Part shown: positions 55,036-64,000 of the stretch, one piece after another | Layout of the letters: every line of letters begins with the position of its first letter | Position numbering within the stretch: the stretch's first letter is position 1 | Position numbers and translations under genes: made by a program | Assembly: GCA_964016885.1 (NCBI GenBank) | Contig: OZ024743.1 | Span: 365,490,001-365,554,000 of the forward strand | DNA from: Eledone cirrhosa | Taxonomy: Eukaryota | Reading direction: 5' to 3' | Length of the DNA: 64,000 nucleotides | The notes under the pieces: generated by a model | The model's database searches: none | What the model was told of the DNA's origin: nothing | What the model saw: the letters and a program-made list of their open reading frames with translations, nothing else

Positions 55036-57633
55036 AAATATAAAACGATCAAATGTTTATTTAATGTATTTAATTGCAGACGATCGTTTCTTCCAGACAA
55101 CTGTCTAGAATCATCGGAGCATACACAATATTTAAACAAGTAATTACATTCCTAGTCCTTAGAGCATTCATTAAGATACACTAGCAGAAAACCACCCTTC
55201 GGGCGGTTTTCTGCTAGCATGTGTAGTGTGTATATTGATATTATACGCAGGTATATATATATACATGTAGATATGATACATAAAATAAAATCGTAATTGA
55301 CAATATACACAGAAATTGAACGAAGACTGTGTTACACTGTCTTATGTAATCAGTAAAGTAATCCATGATACATTAAAAAAAGACGATATTATATATAAAC
55401 TGCATTAGGAGAAAATTAGTATGTTTATTTAAGCGATCGCCACCGGAAGTGTTGACATCACACACTCTCTCTTTCTATATATATGGTAGTTGGAGTGGTG
55501 GTGGCGACGATATACCGGAAGTGCAACTTTGAAAAGAAGTCAATTTTAAATTATTTATTTTTACGAAATTATTTTTCTTTACGAAATTGAGTAGACAAAT
55601 TATGTAATATTCATTCATTATTTATTCAAAGTAAATAAAACTTATTTTACAAACGGGATAAAAAAAATAAACTGTACGCAATCCCGCAGACCTTCCTTTA
55701 TTATAGTTTAGATTATTATTAACAGTGTCAGTGACATATTGAAAAACAAGAGTAATAAAATGATATTACATTGAAAAGATAGCAAAATATTGGAAGCCAT
55801 TATAAAGAGGGTATTACTAAAAGTGAGTATATCAAGCATATTACACAGAAAATTAATAATAGTGTGCATTAAGGTAATACAGATGCTAAATGATAGCAAG
55901 CATATACAAATGATAGCAAGAATATAGCATGATATTACAGTAAAAAGATATCAAAATATTGAAAGGTGTTATAAAAAGAGTATAAGTAAAAGTGAAAATA
56001 TCAGGCATATTACACACAGATTGTTAATAATAGTATGCATTAGGGTAAAACAGAAAGTGAATATATCAAGCAAATTACATACAGAATGTTAATAAAAGCA
56101 CAGATACATAATGATAGCATAGATATAAATATTATGTAAATATCATATGGCGAATTAGTTGCATTCAAAGATGTTTACATTGAAGTTAATGTAAAAATGT
56201 TTATGCTGGGGTAATGTGAATAGTTTATGTAAGAAATGTTAATATTTATAGTTGTGGCGTGTATACGCAATTAGCATAGATTGGTAAAATTTAAATAAGT
56301 ATATAAAGCAAACATTAATCCGACGGTTTCTGTTGCCATGTCAATATTTGTGTTTGAAAAATATTATATTATACATTCCTCAATGTAGTAATTCGATTAA
56401 GAATTATAGTTGAAGTCAAAACAACCGCTTTTACGAAATCTAATGGGAACAGTGGTGTTAAGGTTTTAATAACGGTCGGATTTTGAAATAGTAAATAGAT
56501 TACTGCAAAAGGAGTTAATAACATAACGGAGGTAATTAAGGAAATATTAAAAATTTTCAATGGATTTATATCCTTATGTTATTTAAATCATTATATAATT
56601 AATCAATCTATTAATTGATATATTTATTATTTAAATTTATTCATTTATTAATTTTATTTATTTAATATTATTTAATCCTTTTTCAAATTATATAAAGAGT
56701 GATAAATTATTAATTTAGAGAGAAATTTATTCAGTAGTTGATAATTTATGGTGGAATAAAGTATGTTATGGGCGCTATTATCAGCTACCTAATTTGTGTT
56801 ATATCTATTTAGAAACAAAGTAATAAGGGAGGTACTTTAGAAAGAAAGAACATAGTAGGGTACACAAAGTGTTTATTTATTATTTTTATGGTTATTATGG
56901 TAATAAAATAAAGTATAGGATCTGTAGTAGATATGTGATATTAGAAGGAATGCATTAATATAATTATGTTATGGTAATAGTATGATAATGAAGTGAGAGA
57001 AAGGATATCTGATAAAATATGCCTAAGTTAATAGGGTGGTAAGATTTATTAAACTCTGTGAGGGGTAGTTATATAAATACAAAAATCATAGGAATTAAAA
57101 TTAAAGGTGAAGTGGTAATGGTAATGTGGGATTAGATCTGACATTGTTATAAATTAGCTGCTTGGTTTGAAATAGGGAAAAGAGTGTCGGTGATAGTGTG
57201 GGCACGTAGAGAAAATTTCCAACTTTCTATTTAATTTTGAATAAACAATAGTGCGAGACTCTAGGAGACAAAGGTTACAGAATTTGTTCGGTGGTTTATA
57301 AGAGAGGGCCTTAGCTATCACGTCCCATTCTAGGGTGTATGGTTTATTTCAAGTTTTCAATGAATGTATATAAGTAGATAATGAAGTAACGTTACCTAGT
57401 TTAGGATTTCTAAAAGTGTGAAGATGCGAGTTATAGCTTGCGTTAAAGCTAGTCGAGGTGGAACCAATATAAGTTTTCGAAATTTCATGTCGTGGCAGTA
57501 CAGGAGTAAACAATATATTTAATTAGGAAGTTTTTCCTCGGGGGACAAATTTTATTTGGTCTACAGTTACGATAAAACGATCATCAGCAATTAAATCCAT
57601 TAAACAAAAATTTGATTCCTTTATATTTTGTAT
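55031..57633 (-). mobile_element. Decayed 5'-truncated Penelope-like element: inverted terminal copy, GIY-YIG remnant (57185-57560), ~2-kb AT-rich 3' region, terminal hammerhead (55075-55122)
   Basis: IVYSCTAT..KTYIGSTSTSFNASYNSH..TSLSTYIHSLK..CNLCLLES..LNRKLEIFSTCPH; 55031-55090 is inverted relative to 57574-57633. Confidence 0.7.
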
Positions 57634-57756
57634 TTTTGCTCTGTAATACATCTAATAATTTACATTGAGCTAATTTTCTTATTGGTAATTGGGTAATACA
57701 ATATATTACACTTTCGTATTTATAATTGTATATTGATTATAAATATATATATATAA

Positions 57757-57946
57757 GGGCGGTAGATTGGCAGTATCGGTAGAGGGTCGGACGCCATGCT
57801 TTCCAGCATAGTTACGTCCCTTTACGATCTGAGTTCAAATCCCGCCCAGGTTGACTTTGCCTTTCATCCTTACGGGGTCGATAAAATAAAGTACCAGTAA
57901 TGCACTGGGTAATTTGCTGGCATTGTGCCCAAAGTAGAAACAATTA
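57757..57946 (+). mobile_element. Full-length tRNA-derived SINE
   Basis: TGGCAGTATCGG..GAGTTCAAATCC..CCTTTCATCCTTACGGGGTCGATAAAATAAAGTACCAG. Confidence 0.9.
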
Positions 57947-57967
57947 TTAATATATATATATATGTAT

Positions 57968-58001
<34 letters not shown>

Positions 58002-58018
58002 CTATATATATATATATA

Positions 58019-58054
<36 letters not shown>

Positions 58055-58059
<5 letters not shown>

Positions 58060-58940
58060 TAAAATAACAGATTAAAGTTTAAGCAAAGAATCGCTGCTTT
58101 CACCCTTAACGGGATCTTCTGAAACTAACAAAGTCAATCTGTAAACGCAGAACTGGATATTTCAAAAAACGTTGCAACCGGAGGAAGACAGGAAGACGAT
58201 ACTTTGGTTCGTGGTAACGTTCGCTGGCATTTATTTGTACACAAGCATACACACACACACATATTTATATGTGCGTGGTTTTGTATACCCTTGGTAAGGT
58301 TTTGCGTATGCTTGTGTATGTACGTATCTGTTTGCGTGTATGTATTTATTTGTTCCTATTACTTCTGTATTGTATTTATTTACTTTGTTCTTAACTCTGT
58401 AGCGGAGATTCATTTGGTCTCCTAGTTAGAATTTTAGTCTACGATTTCTGCTATACCATTTACGTGGTTTTGTCTTTGCGTGCTATTGTTCTCCACGCTC
58501 CACATATGACTTATTATCTTCGTTTTTTCGTTCATTGCCAGAGACCGTCTCTATGCACCACCTAAGAGAACATTAGTCTACGACCTCTTTTATACCATAA
58601 ACGTGGTTCTGTCTTTGCGCGTAATTGTTTTTCACCGCTCCTATTAATGACGTATTATTCGTTTTTTCCCGTTCTTTGCCAGCGAACGTTACCACGAACC
58701 AAAGTATCGTCTTCCTGTCTTCCTCCGGTTGCAACGTTTTTTGAAATATCCAGTTCTGCGTTTACAGATTGACTTTGTTAGTTTCAGAAGATCCCGTTAA
58801 GGGTGAAAGCAGCGATTCTTTGCTTAAACTTTAATCTGTTATTTTAATAAATATTTGCTCTACGGTTCTTATATATTTGATATATATTTTCCTTATCGAG
58901 CCCTCATTGGATTTTAGTCTTCAATTTTATTATTATTACT
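58055..58940 (+). mobile_element. 5'-truncated Penelope-like insertion: inverted partial pLTR (58055-58228) + sense pLTR and tail, in (TA)n
   Basis: 58055-58228 is the reverse complement of ~58677-58850; 58850-58940 matches the reverse complement of ~63525-63615. Confidence 0.85.
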
Positions 58941-59013
58941 ATATATATATATATATATATAAAGATAAACGACGAAGTTTCGTTTACATGTAGTTAGCAT
59001 TTTATTGTGTATC

Positions 59014-59657
59014 GAAATAGCGATATATATGTGAAGACAAACATAGAATATTCGAAAATATTCTGTATGTTTATATCCTGTACACAGCTAAGTATTCTAT
59101 AAGTCTCTAGCTGTGTCGTTCTCGATAAAAGTATTGGATATGTAATCCTGAAGATTTCTAACAAGAATGAAACGCGTAGATTACTTCCCTTACTGTTATC
59201 GAGAATCTCAAATTGTAATACGTGACGTATTCTATTCTATAGCGATTGGGTCTTCAAAATGTTTATTATAAACATACAGAATATTTTCGAATATTCTATG
59301 TTTGTCTTCACATATATATCGCTATTTCAGAGCATTAAATCCAAATTCTAATTTCTGCCGGACCGGCTACCGCTCTATCAAACCAGTTCCTGTACACAGC
59401 TAAGTATTCTATAAGTCTCTAGCTGTGTCGTTCTCGATAAAAGTATTGGATATGTAATCCTGAAGATTTCTAACAAGAATGAAACGCGTAGATTACTTCC
59501 CTTACTTTTATCGAGAATCTCAAATTGTAATACGTGACGTATTCTATTCTATAGCGATTGGGTCTTCAAAATGTTTATTATAAACATACAGAATATTTTC
59601 GAATATTCTATGTTTGTCTTCACATATATATCGCTATTTCAGAGCATTAAATCCAAA
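59014..59657 (+). mobile_element. Retrozyme-like 312-bp tandem repeat (~1.9 copies) with two type I hammerheads and an inverted 5' segment
   Basis: GTAATC-CTGAAGA-T-TTCT/AACA/AGAA-T-GAAA-CGCG-TA-GATTAC at 59142-59184 and 59454-59496; 59014-59075 is the reverse complement of the unit's 3' part. Confidence 0.85.
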
Positions 59658-59663
59658 ATATAC

Positions 59664-59718
<55 letters not shown>

Positions 59719-59956
59719 TGTGTGTGTGTCTATCCATTTAGTGTTGACAAACTATGCAGTGAGTACTCGATACCATAGTGATTAATAGATTAAGGGTAAT
59801 CTAGTGGCTTATTATTCTGGGGTTTTCGCTCCATACCACAAGTTGCTCAAACAGTGCTAATCGGACTGTCATTTGAATACTGAGTAAACTGTAACACAAA
59901 GGGTAGGCCCTAGAGTACAGGCTACTGAATCAACAGGAATAAACTCTGTGTATATA

Positions 59957-60253
<297 letters not shown>

Positions 60254-60269
60254 GTGTGTGTGTGTATGC

Positions 60270-60307
<38 letters not shown>

Positions 60308-60330
60308 TATTATTACTATATATATATATA

Positions 60331-60915
60331 TTTATTAAAATAACAGATTAAAGTTTAAGCAAGGAATCGCTGCTTTCACCCTTAACGGGATCTTCTGAAA
60401 CTAACAAAGTCAATCTGTGAACGCAGAAGTGAATATTTCAAAAAACGTTGCAACCGGAGGAAGACAGGAAGACGATACTTTGGTTCGTGGAAACGTTCCC
60501 TGGCAAAGAACGGGAAAAAACGATAATACGTCATTATTTGGAGCGGTGAAAAACAATTACACGCAAAGACAGAACCATGTTTATGGTATAAAAGAAGTCG
60601 TAGATTTATATTCTCTTAGGTGGTTCATAGAGACGGTCTCTGGCAATGAACGGAAAAAACGAAGATAATACGTCATATGTGGAGCGTGGAGAACAATTGC
60701 ACGCAAAGACAAAACCACGTAAATGGTATAGCTGAAGTCGTAGACTAAATTCTAACTAGGAAACCAAATGATTCTCCGCTTCAGAGTTAAGAATAAAGTA
60801 AATAAAATACAGAGGTAATTGAAATTAAATAAATACATACACGCATCGAAATACGTACATACACAAGCATACGCGAAGACACTCGCCATAGGTATACAAA
60901 TACACGCACATATAA

Positions 60916-60967
<52 letters not shown>

Positions 60968-63900
60968 ATACAAATAATTAAATAAACGTATATAAATAAA
61001 TAAATACGTATATAACAAGCGCACACACATACCTACATGTTAATACACAAATGTTCGGAGACGTACTTCAACCAAAACACGAAGTACACATATACACACA
61101 CCCTACATACGTACGAACCCGCATACTCAGACAGACGCAAAACTCACGTATACACATAACCAAAAGCATATGTACCAGAATATATAAAAAATATACGCCA
61201 CAACATATACAATCAAATATACGTACGAGAAAGTATACGTACCTTCACAAAACATACAGGTAATATGTACTTACCTATGCAAATATGTAATGGTATAAAC
61301 ATAACATATACTTAGCTACCACATCAAGACGTAAAATATCCGCGTATAGATCGTACTATTCGTTAGGGTATAATGTGGGGCTGTAATACAGGAAAGTTTT
61401 GTGCAATTTATGTTTACAAGCCGAAATTGCCTCAGATATTTTGTTTAAGATGTTGTCTGTGGCGTAGAGTATTTCTAGGGCCTCAGTGGCGCAGAGGTCA
61501 CATGGTCTTATATTCCGTTATACGATCTAGCCGTAGTTAGGATCTCCCAGTGTAACTTATATTGGGTATGGTTGTCTTTTAGACTCCAAATATAAGCTGA
61601 AGGTTACGTCATATTCCTTCTTAGAGGGTAACGAAAAGAATGGGTATGCATGTAAAGACGCTGCTTGAATCTATTGGCGGTTAACCCTATGTAGGCCTTA
61701 CATGTGTGTGTTTCAACCTTACATTTGTAGACAATGTTACTAGAGAGGCATTTCCCGGATAGGGGCAATCAACCCGATTCCTACAATTACAGTTAGTACT
61801 AACTACAGGGTTGCACGTGTTCCTACGGCTAGGTAGTTTAGCTAAATTTGAAGCTGTGATGTTATGTGCAAGGTTAGGAGTCATAGAGTAAGAAATTTTA
61901 ATAGTATTTCTATTAAAAATTTTACTATATTTATGTGTAGGGGGAAAATGCTTCGTAATAAGGGATAGAAAGATCTTAGCTAATGGTGTGGCCACCTCCA
62001 TATTATATGGTGGGTTTTACCATATAATGCGACGGGATCTATTTCTTCTAGGTCTATTCTCGTACTCTGTATATGCTACCTTATCGACAAATCGACTCCG
62101 AGCAAGAGCTTCATTGTAATATGTGAAATGGTCGTTGAAAATATACTCGTTAGTAGATAGAAGGGAAAGCCTCAAAGAAACGTTACTTACCAGGTTCTTG
62201 GTTATGCTGACAGGATGGTTGGAATGCTTACTTATGTAATTAAGCGTATCATTCGGCTTTCTATACGGGTAATACAAGCCATTCGATAAATTGAGGGTAA
62301 CGTCGAGGTAATTAACGACCGAGAGGTTGGCCTCAACCTGTATAGAGAGGTTGAAGCCTTTAAAGAAGGCTGTGAGTTCTTTTCTGAACCTGTAGCAAGC
62401 ACGAGGGCCGCACTTAGTCATGGTCAAAAGACCATCATTACGGTACAAACCACCGCCCACGTTGGGGAGTTCGTCCTTGGTAGAAAAAAGAAGGAAAAGG
62501 CCGATAAGATCAGTAACCTCCGCAGAATCTCTGGCGCCCATACTCACGTCGAATGGGGGTACTATAAGATTTTTTAATCCAAATAGAGTCGTCGAAATTA
62601 ATCACCGACTTACAGGCATTGAGGATGACATCAACTTTGAAATCCTTAACCACTGTGAGTGTTTTAGCGAACTTGATAGCTCTAAGGAGAAGTGGTAAAG
62701 TGATGGAGAAGTAGTAATTATTGTTGTCGAATTGGATAAAACGGCAATGTTCCTTGTTGCATATGCCGTTGAACCAATCAATCACCGTGAAAGAAAGGTT
62801 CCACAGTGCAAGAGGGGCCAAACTTCTAATTTCAGGTATAATTCTATCAAGAATCCTTTTACTAAGTCTACCTAAATCGGACTTCGTAGGGTTAATAAGC
62901 CGAATAGAGGGGTTGTTCGGAAAATTGGATTTGTGATCCTTCAGGGTAAAGTGGGGAGAAATAGGGTCCAGAGGTTCGGTCCGGTCCAGGATGTTGAGAT
63001 CAGAGGTGATTTTAAACCCAGCATCGTTGATTTCATTGATGACGCACCGATTAGTTTTACGGTAATCCTTAGTTACAGCATTATGTAGTAGTTGATGGTA
63101 AGTACTGCGCTTCACTTGATATAGGTTGCCAATTTTGTCGGAATGGACGTGCACGGCATTAGAATCCTTAATAGAAGGAATTCTATTCTTCAGGTCCTGC
63201 TCGTAGGAATTGCTCCTATTCCGAAATTTGATACTCCGTATGAGTTCCAATTCATAATTTTCGGAGGTTAGCAATGCTGGGTTACACGGAGGGTTATTAT
63301 AGGTTTTAAACCCAAATTTATCCTGTATGTTGTCTCCTTTTCGCTGATTATCGAAATAAAAGGCACGCCAACGCAACCTTTTAATGAACGCGTCTGTTTT
63401 CTGTATCAGGAGTCTTAGGTATGTTTTCCTGCTTGGTACGGGTATGTTCTTTGTAGAAATATCCAGATGTTGTTTCTGCATGATGAATATAAGTCAATAG
63501 CGTGCTCAACCGAGGGAGCCAAAGAGTAATAATAATAAATTTGAAGACTAAAATCCAAAGAGGGCTCGATAAGGATAAATATATATCAAATATATAAGAA
63601 CCGTAGAGCAAATATATATTAAAATAACAGATTAAAGTTTAAGCAAAGAATCGCTGCTTTCACCCTTAACGGGATCTTCTGAAACTAACAAAGTCAATCT
63701 GTGAACGCAGAAGTGAATATTTTAAAAAACGTTGCAACCGGAGGAAGACAGGAAGACGATACTTTGGTTTGTGGAAACGTTCCCTGGCAAAGAACGGGAA
63801 AAAACGATAATACGTCATTATTTGGAGCGGTGAAAAACAATTACACGCAAAGACAGAACCGCGTTTATGGTATAAAAGAAGTCGTAGACTTATATTCTCT

Positions 63901-64000
63901 TAGGTGGTTCATAGAGACGTTCTCTGGCAATGAACGGAAAAAACGAAGATAATACGTCATATGTGGAGCGTGGAGAACAATTGCACGCAAAGACAAAACC
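60331..64000 (-). mobile_element. Near-complete Penelope-like element (Naiad-like) with direct pseudo-LTRs; runs off the window end
   Basis: 60333-60717 is nearly identical to 63617-64000 and brackets an RT + GIY-YIG coding region. Confidence 0.9.
61356..63481 (-). pseudogene. PLE RT + C-terminal GIY-YIG endonuclease with several frameshifts and stops
   Basis: STKNIP..FIKRLRWRA, SDKIGNLY, TLKDHK..RLINP, MGARDSAEVTDLIG, GLYRNDGL, NYLDVT, CNCRNRVDCP, IVYKC..AYIGLT, CDLC..LNKISE..CKH. Confidence 0.9.

Noticed and set aside
55700-57150. Possible NUMT suggested by AT-rich skewed composition
   Set aside because: No recognisable mitochondrial gene or tRNA; lies within PLE termini
60417-60668. 83-aa ORF repeated at 63701-63952
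   Set aside because: Antisense within duplicated pLTRs, with a non-ATG start and no recognisable domain
61356-61800. Selenocysteine recoding, reported for some Naiad PLEs
   Set aside because: The conserved Cys positions I translated are TGT/TGC; the interruptions are frameshifts and TAA, not in-frame TGA

Overview
AT-rich, microsatellite-saturated eukaryotic DNA, probably intergenic or intronic, with no recognisable host exon. The SINE types and repeat make-up suggest an octopod cephalopod (inference). Nearly all ORF-track entries are translations of (CA)n/(TA)n/(TACA)n/(CAC)n repeats. The real content is retroelements: (1) an intact 1181-aa RTE-clade LINE ORF with APE, RT and three C2H2 fingers (26717-30262, -); (2) beside it, a (TACA)n-embedded cluster (31.3-36.0 kb) of two R4/Dong-like RLE-element 3' ends and a four-copy tandem array of a ~557-bp non-autonomous RTE derivative made of a 5'UTR fused to a 3' end; (3) a longer R4/Dong copy with an open frame at 48.2-49.8 kb, also in (TACA)n; (4) Naiad-like Penelope elements (a near-complete frameshifted copy at 60.3-64 kb plus remnants) and many small fold-back elements, mostly in (TA)n, that carry type I hammerhead ribozyme motifs, including a 312-bp tandem retrozyme-like unit, a 386-bp perfect palindrome and a family with a fixed CAGAAGA core variant; (5) Tx1, CR1 and RTE remnants and tRNA-derived SINEs. 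All calls come from manual reading; no searches were run.
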